Origin: Salpingoeca rosetta
Taxonomy: Eukaryota; Protista; Choanoflagellata
Reading direction: 5' to 3'
Length of the DNA: 43,326 nt
Assembly (NCBI GenBank): GCA_033442325.1
Contig: JAWQFM010000030.1
Span: 606,465 to 649,790 of the forward strand
Translations under genes and position numbers: made by a program
Part shown: positions 1 through 14,083 of the stretch, one piece after another
Numbering within the stretch: the first letter of the stretch is position 1
Layout: the number at the start of each line of letters is the position of its first letter
Notes under the pieces: generated by a model
Database searches by the model: none
The model's input: the letters and a program-made list of their open reading frames with translations, nothing else
Told to the model about the DNA's origin: nothing

Positions 1-128
1 TCTCTCGAAGTAGGCCCAGTCGTGGATAATGTCTTCCTGGACAATCATCACCCACATCCGGGGCTCCGTGTAAGACCCCTCTGGGGCTTCTCTCACGGGG
101 ACTCTCACACACACTCACACACACACAC

Positions 129-166
<38 letters not shown>

Positions 167-211
167 CACCACACACACGCTCACCACACACACACACACA
201 TGCACACGCAC

Positions 212-425
212 TTGACTTTCTCGAGGTATGCCATGCCGTTTGCAATCTGCGATCCCCAGAGCACGCGCTGGAAATCCGAAACGCTGTCGCGCTTGTGCTT
301 TTGGAAATAGCCTTGCAGTGTGGGGGATGGTGATTGTGATGGTGGATGGGGGGTGGTGGTGGGAGATGATGTGAGGCGGAAGCACTAGGTTTGAGGCATA
401 TGTGTAAATGTGTCGAAACCGTTGT

Positions 426-462
<37 letters not shown>

Positions 463-1761
463 GACACACAAACACACACGCAACACAAACGCGCACTGCC
501 TGCTCCAACATGGTGCATCCAACTCACTCTCGAGGGAGCCGTTTGGGACGAGTTCCTGGACAATCATGAGGTTTGGCTGCTCAACAATGCCAAGCAGCTG
601 CACAATGTTCGGATGCTTCAGCGTCGACATCAGCTGCGCCTCGCGCAAGAACTGCACGTGGTGGTGGTGGTGGTGGTGGTGGTTGCATGGTGATGAATGG
701 GTTGGTGGTGGTGATAGTTGTGGTGGTGGTGAATGAGGTGATGGTGATAGTGGGGCGTGGCGAGTGTGGTGAGGGTGAGCAACAGGTCAAATCCCAGTGC
801 AGAGAACATACATACACGGACACATACACACACGCATACGAACACGCATACACGCACGCGCACACGCACATGCACACTCTCTTTTTCACACACACACACA
901 CACACATTGACAAAACAACACAATGGCGCTTGTGTGCACGTACGTCGTCCTTTGAGCCCATGCGTTCTGGCTTGATGGTCTTGACGGCGACCTTCACCTG
1001 CCGTCCGTCCTTGCACATCCACGTCCCGCCGTACACGGCTCCAAACTCGCCAGCACCAAGCTCGCTGCCAAGGTGCAGCGCGCTGTACCTGCAGCAGCCA
1101 ATGGTGGCGATGGTGGTGGTGATGGTGATAGTGGTGGCGTGAGAAACGGAAGTGTATGTGCGTGCGTGTGCGTGTGCGCGTGCGTGCGTGTGCACAGGAC
1201 AGGTTGCCCAAGGTGGACAAGGACTAAGGTATTGTGTGCAGATGAACACTTGAGCCAGAAGCATGTTCACGTCCTCCCCCAACAACAAATACAAGAGAAC
1301 AACAGCATGGGAACAGCGATATGCGAGCAATAATAGCATGTTAGCCACGACGCGTGTTCGTACTGGATGATGTTGATGGCGTCGCGGGACACCTGCGCTT
1401 GCTGCGACTAATGCCAGACACCGACAACAACATTGGTGGTGGATGAGACGGTGGTGTAGTGGTGAGGTTTGCGTGGGGAGTAGACATGTTAACAGCACGA
1501 TTGAAGACAGAAGCCTGGCGGGACAAGTCAAGTCATGATGTGCGACTGTGTCCACGATAACAAGAGCAGTAACTATCATCACTGCCACCATCGTAATGAC
1601 CCCATCACCATCACCATGCTCACCAATGCCCTGTCAAGGTCGTGCATGTGGTTGTAGTCCTTTGCGTCGTGCGCACCAACACGCGCCTGCTGCTGCTGTC
1701 CCGATGCGCGCGCGTGTGTGCGTGGCGCCTCGTAGTGCACCGGCTCCTGCGCTGACGACGC

Positions 1762-1831
<70 letters not shown>

Positions 1832-2516
1832 GGCGGTGGTGGGCCGTGAGTGAGGGGTACCGAGTTGAGTTGCGTGAATACAAGCAACGCTTAGCTGCTC
1901 ATGCATCATTCTTGGTGCCCATTACGCAGCTGCCATCACCACTACCATCATCACCACCTCAAACTGCCAACACGTTGAGTTCAATCCCACCTGCCGAGTC
2001 GAGGCTCCCCGTGGCATAAACTGACATCGAATCCTGCGTCAGACCAGGGCTGTGTGTGTAGTGCAATGTTGTGCGTGTTGTCAGGGGCAAGGGTGAGTCA
2101 ACTCTAACGTGCTTCAACACACACACACACACACATATGCACACACCGACACACACGCACACCGACACACACGCACCACAACCACAACCATCGCCTCACC
2201 CCTTCTGTGATCGCTTGCAATATTTCCTGAGGACGCACGGCAGCCCGTCCGCCTTGGTGCTGTAGTAGTGCACCAGGTCAGCAAGCGCTGTGATCATGGT
2301 GATGATGATGGGGATGGTTGTAATGGGTTGTGAGTAGAATGAGATTGGGAAACAGACGATCACAAACACGTGTATGCACTGACATGTGCATGTGTTCACA
2401 TGTCAGTGTGTATGTGTGCGTGTACGTGTTATGTGCATGCGATGCGCGTGTGGTCAGTGTGAAGTGCGTACATGTGTGCGTGTGATGTACATAAAAGTGT
2501 ATGTGTACGTGTGTGT

Positions 2517-2562
<46 letters not shown>

Positions 2563-4103
2563 GTGTTTCGTACAGTGGCATCCCGGGCCGTCGTCAATAA
2601 AGTAGAGACTGTCGCGCGAGTTGAACTGAATCTGCACACAGCGACAGACATGGCAGAGGTGGGAGAGGCAAGGACAGTGAGGTGGTGGTGGTGGGTTGCC
2701 GTGTGTGGTGGCGCACCTGAGGAGAGGAGTAGTGGCAACAGGATGTTTCACACGAGTACGCACACAACACAATACAACACACAACACCACACCACACCAC
2801 ACCACACCACACCACACCACACCACACCACACAACACAGCACAGCACGGCAGCGTGTCTGTGTACCTGGAAGTGGAACATGGCCTGGTCGAAGCACGTGG
2901 TCAAGATGAAGTTTCCAGACGACGGCGAAAACCTGAAACGATGGTAGTGGTGGTGGTGGTGGTAACAGCAAGGTGTGTGGTTAAAGCACATCAGACCAGC
3001 TTGTAGTTCAGTCCGAAGGCATGCACTAACACTAAGCTCGCAGACCATCATACACACAACGTCCAAAACACCCATTGACAACGCCACACCATACAACCCC
3101 TATCATCCACAGCACGTGCGTGAGTGCGCATGTACGTATGCATGCAGACACATGCGCGAGTGCAGACCTGACGAGGAAGAGGCCGTCCTCAAGACCGTAG
3201 ATGGAGATGATGTTCTCGGCAGCGGTGCGCGTCAGCTTTCCGTGGTACCAAACCAGCTCAAGCAGCGCGGCAGCACGCTCCATCGAGTGCCCTGTTGGCG
3301 CCGTCGTCATGTTGGTGGTGTGTTGTTGGTGGTGTGTTGTGTGGAGGTGGGTGATAGAAAGGCATGTGAGTGTGAGTGAAGCAGAGCGTTGCGCACATCG
3401 AGAAGAAGAAGTCTGTGCACTCGTGCATGCCCACCAAATCACCATCCATCATCATCATCGTTACAAATCAGTCTGCAACGATCAGAATCACGCCTGCAAC
3501 GATCACAATGAACGTTGCGTTGGGTTCGCACCGTCCTCAATGTCCGACAGGATCCTGCACGCCTCCGAGTTGCCGAGACGCGCAGCAACCTGGCGCGGCG
3601 TCTCCTGTCAACGCAAACACACACACACACATAGTTATGCAGATGTGAGAGGTTGGTGTAAGTATATCGCACTCAACAAGACCACCAGCACCACCATCAT
3701 CAACCACCAATCACCAACATGCCACTCACGTCCACCACTCAACGATAATTGGTACCGACCGCGTCGATGGTGATTGCCCTAACGTCACCGCCGCGCTGGA
3801 TGAGCTCACGGATCATCTTCGCATTCCCGTTGGCAGCAGCAAAATGCAGCGGCGTCCACCCCTAGATGGTAGGTACGTTGGATCGTCGATTGTGTGGTTT
3901 GTGGCGGGTTGGTTTGTGTGGTGGTTGGTGGTTGGTTAACAACCGCAACAACAGGTAGAAAGTGAGAAAGTGGTGGTGCATGAACGAGTACGCACGAAGT
4001 CACACTTGCAAATCCACCACCACCACCATCATCATCACATCATCACCATCACCATCACCATCACCATCACCATCACCATCACCATCACCATCACCATCAC
4101 CAC

Positions 4104-4135
<32 letters not shown>

Positions 4136-5029
4136 CCACCACATCCCCCAAAGCGTACAAAAGAGTCTGCGGCGTTGACGTCTGGGGTACCGCGGCCCGA
4201 CAGCAGCCGACGCGTGCACTCGATGTGATCGCATCGACAGCTCTCGTGCAGCGGCGTGCGCCCTGCCATTGTGTGTGTGTGTGTGTGTATGTGTGTATGT
4301 GTGTGTGTGTGTGTGTGCGAGTTGAGGCGCATTCGTACATGTCTCTGCTCTCTTCCATTAACAACTGCTACACCACCACCACCACCACCACCACCACCAC
4401 CACCACCACCACCACCACCACCGCCGCCGCCGCAACACACACCCTGCCTGCATTACCAAGTGCGTTCTTGGCGTTTGTGTCCTTGCCGCCAGAATATTTC
4501 CTGTGCACACATACACACGTGCAAATGCCAGCATATGAGCGTGGGTGAGCTGACCACGACAACAAAACAACACATCGACCACACCACTCGTCCACTTCAA
4601 CCACAAACGCCACTGCCAACCGCGCACCCGCCACTGTTCCTCCCCCCCCCCCCATCACACCACCGCCCCTGTCAGTGTCATGGTACTTACGAGACGGCGC
4701 CCGCGTTGCCTGACGCGGCTGCGTCGTGCAGTTTCGTGTTCTTCTCCTTCAGCCCGTGCCTACAGATGTGTAAGAGTGTGTGTGTGTGTGTGAGTGTGTG
4801 TGTGTGTGTGTGTGCATGTATGTTTGTTGTGTGAGTTGGATGCTGGCAACGAAGGGGTCATGAGCAATCACACGACTGCGCATTATGAGCGCGTGTGTGC
4901 GTGTGGCTGTAAGCACGCAATGGGTGACGACCTTGGTGGGCGGACGGGCAGGTGCTTGCCAAGGACACAGGGCAGGCCATCCGGCAGATGCGAGTAGTGC
5001 TCAATCAAGTCATCCAAGCCTGTGTGTGT

Positions 5030-5078
<49 letters not shown>

Positions 5079-5355
5079 CGTGCGTGTGTGTGTGTGTGTG
5101 TGTGTGTGTTTGTGAATGTCTCAATAACTCGGCACCGCACGATCCAACCCCTCCCCCTACAAGCACACACACACACTCTCTCCCTCCTCCAGCTTCGTTT
5201 ATCTGCTCACCTTCAAAGAGTGGGCCGTCGTCGATACTGAACCAGCACTGTTGCGGAAATTCACCACACCAACGAACCAGCAGAGCATCAAGAAAAGGTG
5301 AGCTATAGCATTTGATGGACAGACCGTTGATTGATGACGCTCAGCATGACACCCC

Positions 5356-5422
<67 letters not shown>

Positions 5423-5708
5423 CTGTTTCTTTTCCATCCTCACTCCAATTCCCGTCCCCCCCCCTCCCACCGCCCTGCTCCACCCCTGGCTGCTCATCAA
5501 AGTGTCCGCGCACCTCGCCCTGGTTGCGGATTTGAAAGTGAAGCACGTTGCGCTGTGCGACGAGCGAGAGCACGTAGTTGCCCGGGGTGGAGGTGCTTGT
5601 GCGGATGATGAACGTGCCGTCGTCGGGGGACGACGTCATCAGGGCTTCTGCCCTGCTACGACCCAGTGAGCCATGAAAGAAGGACTGCTCGCACGACAAC
5701 CCGGCCAT
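212..5708 (-). CDS. shark: Shark/HTK16-type cytoplasmic tyrosine kinase (SH2-ANK x4-SH2-TyrK); 3' end lies outside the window
   Basis: Phase-consistent GT-AG exons (minus): 5708-5514, 5247-5211, 5019-4932, 4759-4691, 4500-4457, 4262-4159, 3861-3760, 3604-3532, 3291-3168, 2932-2866, 2631-2574, 2287-2200, 2049-1991, 1760-1624, 1407-1364, 1088-944, 651-528, 311-212. SH2-1: FFHGSLGRSRAEALM...GTFIIRTS...YVLSL...IDDGP...DGLPCVL. Ankyrin repeats: NTKLHDAAASGN, GRTPLHESCRCDH, GWTPLHFAAANGN, ETPRQVAARLGN. SH2-2: WYHGKLTRTAAE...GLFLVR. Kinase: LGAGEFGAV, VAVKT, FLREAQLMSTLKHPNIVQLLG, QIANGMAYLE. HRD/DFG motifs are beyond the window edge. Confidence 0.9.
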
Positions 5709-6446
5709 GATTCCTTGCTTAAGCTGTCGGGGATGAGGGCAACAGGGATTGCAACGAGAAGGGATGGATAAGGGAGTAGGTGAGAGAGGAGAGTGGGTGG
5801 GAAAGGGATGGCAGGGAAGAGATGGCGCGGATGCGATGGGCAGCACACAACATTCGACGCTGCGACCGCCACAGCACACGCACACGCACACACCAGTCCC
5901 GCAGACAACACCAACACCCACCACAAACACAAACACACCTCGGCTGCGTGTGAAGACGCGTAAACGTGCAGAAGAGGCGCAGACGAAGCGCGCGTGCGTG
6001 AGTGGCACACACCGCAGACAAGCAGCGAGGCAGCGAGGAACAAGAGGGCTGGACAAGCAAGCGACGAGAAGGGTGCTGTGTGGGGGCAGGACACGAAGCA
6101 GCAGGACACGAAGCAGTCGGGAAGTGTGAAGTGAGAGATGTGAGAGATGTGTGGGCGTTGTTGTGCGTGAGAGTCGCTGTTGTCCCACACACACAAAAAC
6201 AACAACAAACAAAACAAAACACCGCCAAGCAAGCAAGGTAGAGGAAATTTGGTTGGAGATGTCAACCAATTATCGCGATCCTCTCGCTCGCTGCGGCTTG
6301 TCGTGTCGCGTCCAGCACCGTTCCGCGGGCGTTGTGCGAGCGGGAGAGTGCTGTCGTTCATCCTCACTCGTCTGCACACAACCCCCCCCCCCGCGCCTCT
6401 CCGACATCAGTCCATCCACAGACGCATCAGTCGACCGACCGACACG
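5709..6446. promoter_or_regulatory. Divergent (head-to-head) intergenic region between the kinase and RapGEF genes; probable bidirectional promoter
   Basis: About 740 bp between the inferred minus-strand ATG (5708) and plus-strand ATG (6447). No specific promoter motif identified. Confidence 0.45.
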
Positions 6447-7443
6447 ATGATCCGGAGACGTGGGCACAAGCGTAAAGGAAGCCAGGATGCAGGTGGTGCG
6501 GCAGGGAACGATGGCGGTAAGGACAAGAAGGGCGGCGGAAAACACAAAGCGTCGTCTTCTTCATCATCGGCGTCAGCACCAACCACGACAAAGGTTGGCG
6601 TGCCCACCTCAAAGTCGGCGTCGTCGCTGCTGTCGTCCATGTCGCCGTCCTCGGCAGCACACAGCGCATCACCGTCGTCATCACCTGGGCTTGGGTGGCG
6701 CAGGCGAAAGACCTCCGGCGGCCAGTCCGATGCGCTTCTGGAGAAGGCGCGACAGCAGCTGAAACAGCAGAGGCTGATGGCGCAGCAGGAGAGCGGCGCC
6801 GAAAACGGTGGTGACAACCATGGCCCGCTCACGCCAACGCTACAGCAGGTTGAGGCTATGAATGACGTTGAGCTTCGCGAACACATCTTCGTCAACCTTC
6901 AGGACAGCAACACCTTTGCCGGCTGGCGTCGCTGGGCCATCAGGTGCGTGCGTGTGCGTACTTTTGCGTGCATGTTTGTGAGCGCGTGCATGCTTGCGTG
7001 TGTTTGCCTGTAGGATCCTTTGTGCTTGGGTATGTAACCTTTCTCGCCACTGACACGTGCATTTGTCGCATTTCATTCAACAGGGAGTTCTGCACAACTG
7101 GAACGCTGCAGAAGATGCAAGCCGGCGACGTGTTTGCATGGTGAGCGCGTATGAGTGGATATGGCTTGTGCTTTTGTGCGTGCGTGTGTGTTGGCTTGTG
7201 CTTTTGTGCGTGCGTGCGTGAGTGTGTGTGTGTGTGTATGTGTGCGTGTGTGTGTGCGTGCGTGTGTGTGTGTGTGTGTGTGTGTCGTGTGTGCGTGTGT
7301 GTGTNNNNNNNNNNNNNNNNNNNNNNNNNNNNNNNNNNNNNNNNNNNNNNNNNNNNNNNNNNNNNNNNNNNNNNNNNNNNNNNNNNNNNNNNNNNNNNNN
7401 NNNNGTGTGTGTGTGCGTGTGTGCGTGTGTGTGTATGTGTGCG

Positions 7444-7541
<98 letters not shown>

Positions 7542-7731
7542 AGTGTGTGTGTGTCTTGCTGCATGTCAAGCCCTGCCTGCTTCAAACAACCATCTCATTT
7601 GCAGCCGCTGCTGCGCGTGTACAATCGATTTTATGTGAGCAGTCGTGGCGATGATACGGTGGTGCTTGGCATTGGGACGGTGACAACTGACACAGCAGCG
7701 CACGACGTGAACCCTGGCGACCGGTGGGTGG

Positions 7732-7800
<69 letters not shown>

Positions 7801-8604
7801 TGTGTGTGTCTGTGTGTGTCTGTGTGTGTGTGTGTGTGTGTGTCTGTGTCTGTGTGTGTCTGTGTTCACTACTTTCAGTTCTTGCGCTCACCACCCATCG
7901 TGTCACAACCGACCATCCCACCACCGCCCCACACAGTCTGCTGCAAGGGCAGGATGCCACGTGCACGTCTGATGTTGCTGTCATCGTGTCGCTCCCGCCG
8001 CTGAAATACAGCGCTCTCGCAGCAGACGCGGTGAGCCTTGACGTTTCGTGAATGGATGGATGGTTTGTTGGTTGGTTGGTTGGTTCGTTGGATGGATGGC
8101 TCTCGTCGTGTTGAGTGTGTCGCTTGCTGTGAAAGCAATTAGGGGGGGAGGGTTGTTGTTGTGCAAAGCTGAGGACTGTTTGGCTGCTAGTCATGCGTCT
8201 GTTATCAAGGCAGATGACACACACTCTCTCGCACACTCTCTCACTGACTCACTGACTCACTCACTGACTCACTGACTCACTCACTCACTCACTCACACAC
8301 ACGCACTCACTCACTTGCTCAACTCGCGCATGCGGCCACGGCGTCATGATGATGGCAGTCGTTTGCAACGCCGACCAAAGCCCCTCCCGCCCGCCGCGCA
8401 GGACACATTGCACCCAGACCACCACCGGCACCGTCATCATCAATATCATCGCATGCAACAGCAGCGGCTGCTGCCAGTGGTGGCGATGATGATGGCAGTG
8501 ATATGGAACCTGTCGTGCTGGAGGTGAGCAGAAGGGGGAGGGGAGGGGTGTGTGATTGCGAGACAGAGGTAGTGGTTGGTGTCGCTTGAAAACACGCACA
8601 CACA

Positions 8605-8635
<31 letters not shown>

Positions 8636-9280
8636 GCACACACATGCACATGCACACGCACACATGCACATATGCACACGCATACACAATACACTCACGT
8701 GCGCAACACAACACGCATGTACACAAACCAATACCCCCTTTTTCTCACAACCAATCACCCTCTCCTCTGCCTTTGCCAATGTCAGGTTGACTTCAACACG
8801 GTGCACATGAGCGGTGATGGTGGCGGTGGTGGTGATGGCACAGCGTCCCCTCGTCCAGGGTCGTTCACACCGTCACTGTCATCATCGTCCTCGTCATCTG
8901 TCTTCCTCTCCCGCTCACGCACGAACAGCACCATCAATGGCAGCAGTGCAAAGGGCAATGGCACCAGCAGCAAGCAGCGCACATCCCACCATCGCACCAC
9001 AACAGCACCAACATCACCATCCACACCCCTCTCGCCAACCCACTCCCAGTCGCTGCTTCATCGCTTTGACTTTACCGTTCTCCCGCCAATACCGCCGCCA
9101 CCGCACATCACAGCTCGCGATCTTGCATCAGGCGCCGTCGGTGGGTGGTGGAGTGGAGAGCATAACCGGAAAGGCGTTGGTTGATTGCTCGTGGCATACT
9201 CTATTCTTTTGTGCATGTGGGAGGGTGTGTGAGTCTGAGAGTGCATGTGTGTGTGACCACGTCTGTGTGTGTGTGACCAC

Positions 9281-9319
<39 letters not shown>

Positions 9320-10678
9320 TATGTCTGTGCTACGCAGTTACGTACGTGTGCTCCTGTCAACGTTACGTCACTCGTTCCCCCCTCCTCCAACTCACCGCCT
9401 CTATTGTTGGCCCTCCGTCTTGCTCCACGCTTCAGTTTATCAGGAGGATGTTGCGGATTACGTCTCCAGCCCATACAAGGTGATCCTATGTTACCAATTC
9501 AATTGCCTGCAGGCATAACTTGAACATGCGTTGCATTCAAACGCTCAAACCGGTTCGCAAGGCTCCAGCTTTCAACATCCCACTTTTACATCACCAGCAT
9601 ACGCACCTGTGTGCATGGGACTTGCACACACACATGCACACATACGAATGCATCCACACTTACACACACATACACACAAACAAACAAACAAACAAACAAA
9701 CAAACAAACAAACAAACAAACAAACAAACAAACAAACAAACAACTAAACACACCATCCCCTTGTCCATGCGACCGCCAGACCGCGGACATGAAGTTGGCA
9801 TACACGCCAGTCATGTTTTCCTCCCCCGCCATCAAGCTGGACACAACAGCAAAGTACCAGGTCAGTGGTTGTCTGCCTGTGTGTCTGTGTGTGTGTGTGT
9901 GTGCGTGTGTGTGTGTGTGTGTCTGTGTCTGTGTCTGTGTGTCTCTGTGTGTGTGTCTGTGTGTGTCTGTGTGTGTCTGTGTGTGTGTGTGTGTGTTACC
10001 CTCCTCATGCCGCAGTCCTCTGTGCTCACTTCACACACCCAATGCCACCACCACCACCACCATCCCCGCCACCATATGCGCCGAAGGCTCTTCGAGTCGG
10101 GTCTTCGTCGTCGCCATCAACAGCAACAGCAACGGTAGCAACAGCGGCGCTCAACGGGTCATACGTTGCCGAGACACCAACCGCGTCCACGAGCACGCCT
10201 CCTCCAACCACCATTTCCACGTCGCAGACGCACCAGACGCCACAAGCACCTGCTGTTGGGAAGAGTGGTGAAAAGAGGGCTGGGAGTGCTGTTGCAAGTG
10301 CTGGCGCGGGCCAGGCACGCGGCGCAAGTCGACCCGTCCGCCTTGCGCCATCACAGGCAGCAGCAGTAGCAACAGGGACAACAACAACGTCAACACCTGG
10401 TATGGCGTCACAGCCACAACAGCCGGCAGTCTCAAGTGCGAGCAAGCGCCCTGTGCGTCGCGCACCGGCACAGACGTCGCTTGCAACCGCCATCACAGCC
10501 ACACCCACCACACCATCATCAACAACACCAGCAGCAACAACACCAGCAGCAATAGTGCAGCAGGGCGGCGTGGTGGAGAGAAAGGCGCCTGCTCCTGCCG
10601 CTGCTGCGATGATGGAGACGCATGTGGATGCAATCCCTCCCTCCTCCCAACACCAACAACAACAACAACAACAACACC

Positions 10679-10746
<68 letters not shown>

Positions 10747-11907
10747 CGGAGTTCGTTGCTTTGTCGTCGTCGCTCGAGCGGCAGCACCATTGCGTCATCG
10801 CCAGCAGCAACGTCGCCGCTCGCAACGCCAATGTCTTCCAAACCAACAACGCCGCAGCAGCAACGACGCCGACCCAGCAACGCGCCGTTCACACCCACAA
10901 CACCGCAAGGACAACAGCAACAGCAACAGCAGCAGCAAGGGGAGGGACAACACCACCCTACTGCAGCAACAGCAACCGCAGCAGCAGCAGCGGCAGGACA
11001 GCGCCGCAAGAAGAAGGCGAGACTGTCCAGCAGCACTGACTTTCGACGGCGCCTTGCAAGTGACACCAGCAGCGGACACAACAGCCGGCGCTCGTCACGG
11101 TTGCTTGCAAGCATTCATCCCGACGACAGTGGCGGTGGTGACGGCGCCGGTACTGGTGTTGGCAAGGATGACGGGTCTGCACGTCGTCTGTCTGCTGCAC
11201 TTCAGCGACGTCCATCATCGCCAATGTCACGCGCGTTGCTTGCAAGCAGGCACGAGGCAAAGCAACTCGCACGCAGCCATGGTGCTGATGGCAGGGGTGG
11301 TACAAGTAGCAGAGGGAGCAGTGCCTACGATCGAGATGAAGGTGATGACGGTGTTGCGCTGAGTGCCGGTGCGAGGGGTGTGCACTCACCACAACAGCAC
11401 AATGGCGACATTGGCGACAACTCGGCAGACAGCGACGGAGCCGAGAGCGATGTGGTGTATGGGTTTGGCTTCGGTGATGGCGTCGACAACGATGATGACG
11501 TGAACATGGGTGCCGATGACAGCAGCAGGCGCGGAAGTGTGAGTCTGGCAGCAGCAGCAACAGCAGCAGACAAGAACACGAAGCCCCATCAAGGCGGTCG
11601 AAGTGGTGCATCTACACCCGTCTACACCAACAACAGCAACATGACAGCCAGTGGTGGCGGTGGAAAACAGAAGCCGTGGGTGCGGCTGCCGCCCGACGTT
11701 GGCGTTGATGTTGACCTTGGTAGCCGACCAGGCACACCAGAGCCGTCGCGTCGTCATGGCAGCGGCGTTGGCGGTATCAACAAGGCCCCGTATGAGTATG
11801 GCTTTGCCGGCTTTGATGACATCCATTTGCCCGTCATTCGTCGCAGTCCAGAAGCGCACGGTAATTTGGGAGAGGTGGGGGGGGGGGGGAGGGCTAATGA
11901 ACAAGAC

Positions 11908-12006
<99 letters not shown>

Positions 12007-12568
12007 ATGTCTGAAGGGCTTGTTTTGAAAGCTGTTGCTGACGCGGATGACTGACACCTCTTTTCTCCCCACCAATCATACACACACACACGCACGCACA
12101 TGCACACACCGCCAACAACAACAACGTGCAGACACGGGGTCGCTTGTTGAACTGCCCGAGGACCGCGTTCGAAATGCTCTTGAGAAGCAACCGAGCGAGC
12201 GAACAGACGATGACGTCACCGCGCTGATGCAAGAAATGGCGCGCCTATCCGCGTTTGCGTTTTTGCCGCATTCTGCCCAGCGCGCGTTTTGCCAGCACCT
12301 CGGCTTCCGCGAGTACTGCGAGGACGGCGCTGTGGTGGTGATGGGCGACGACGCGAGCGGGGCGTGGTGGGTGGTTCTGAGTGGCGCTGTGATGGTGTGT
12401 CAGGGCGAGGAGGCAGCGAGACACGGCCTAGGACGCATTGTTCGGGAGGGCCAGGCGTTTGGCGTGGACACGGGCACACCAGGTATGTACGCCCGCGTGG
12501 GGGCGGGGGAGAGGGCGAGGGAGAGGGAGAGGGCTGGTGTTGCTTAATGTGTTGTTGTTGTTTAAGTT

Positions 12569-12603
<35 letters not shown>

Positions 12604-14025
12604 TATGGCTGTTATGTGTTTGCCACAACACAACATCACGCACATACACAATCAGATACGCACACGCGCTCGCACAAACAAACAAACACACTCACACATA
12701 CCACCTGCCTCCACCATCATCATGCCACCATGACAGAGCGTGGGGAGCTGGTGGTGACGGGCACAGTCAACTGCCAGCTGATCACGGTGACGGCGGACGT
12801 GTACAGTGCAGCCATGGCCAAGGGCTCGCTCTCCACACGCGAGATCACCTCCAATGGACAGGTGGTGCTCGTCACGGAGCAACGCACGCGCACGCTGCGA
12901 GGGAAGGACAGCGGGAAGGGTGGTGCGATGGGTCACGGGGGTTCACGCGCCAGGAAGGACAGCAGCGTGGATGGCGGTGGCGACACGAGTGGGGACCACG
13001 ATGACGAGGCGAAGAACGTGCACGCGCGACGTGTGAAGTACAGTGTGATCATCAAAGGAGCACCAAAGCACTTGGTGGCGGTGCTGTTTGAACGGAATGA
13101 CCGCCACGGCAGACACCAGGAGCGCGAATATCGAGACATCTTCCTTCTCACCTACCGCACTTTCGTCGAGGCCACCAGGTGTTAACGTGTATGTGTGTGT
13201 GTTGGTGTGTGTGTGTGTGTGCGTATGTATGTGTGTGTCTGTGTATGTGTTGTGTGTCTGTGTGTGTGTTGTGCGTGTGCGTGTGTGTTTGAGGGTTTTG
13301 TGTCTGTGTTGCGTGTGCTTGTTGTCTTCGTGCGTTGCGTGGGTGCCCATGTCTGACCACCTGTTGAATGCACCATCTGCCCACGTCAGGCTGCTGAATG
13401 CCGTGTCCATGTCCTTGGAGGATCCACGTGCCAGGAGTTACGCCATCGCCGTCATCACGGTTCGTCAATGGGCGCAACAGGGGGTGTGGCGTGATGTGAT
13501 GGGTACGCTGTGATTGCACGTGTGACTGTTGCATGTGCACCATCTCAACTCATCCTTCCACTATTGTTCCATGTTCAACACACGCACATGCCACGCACAC
13601 GCCACATAATCCGGCCGCCACCATCACAATCACCACGACCTCGCCGTTGCTTGCAGGCATGGGTTGAGCACTATTTCATTGACTTCCAAACGAGTGCACC
13701 GCTGTACCAGTTTCTGCTGGATGTGGAGGTCAAGGTGTGTTGGAATGAGTCTCAGAGACATGAAACTTGTCAACACAAGGGACTGTCATGGCGGTGGCGG
13801 TGATGGTCGTGAACACAGCTGAGTTGATGTTCGACTGGCATTCACGCAACCATACCCACGCGTTCGTGTCCCCTTCGTGCAGATGCACACGTTGTTCCAT
13901 CAGGACCGCCACGCACGCGATCTCGTTGATGGCATCGCTACAATTCGGCGTGTTGTTGAAACACACGAGAAGCACAAGCACGTCATCTTCCAGCTCCCAT
14001 CGTACGTGTATGCGCGTGTCTGTGC

Positions 14026-14083
<58 letters not shown>

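Noticed and set aside
1-105. Short similarity to the kinase exon (cctggacaatcat) suggesting a duplicated exon
   Set aside because: Only about 15 bp match with no coherent reading frame; more likely intron or low-quality sequence.
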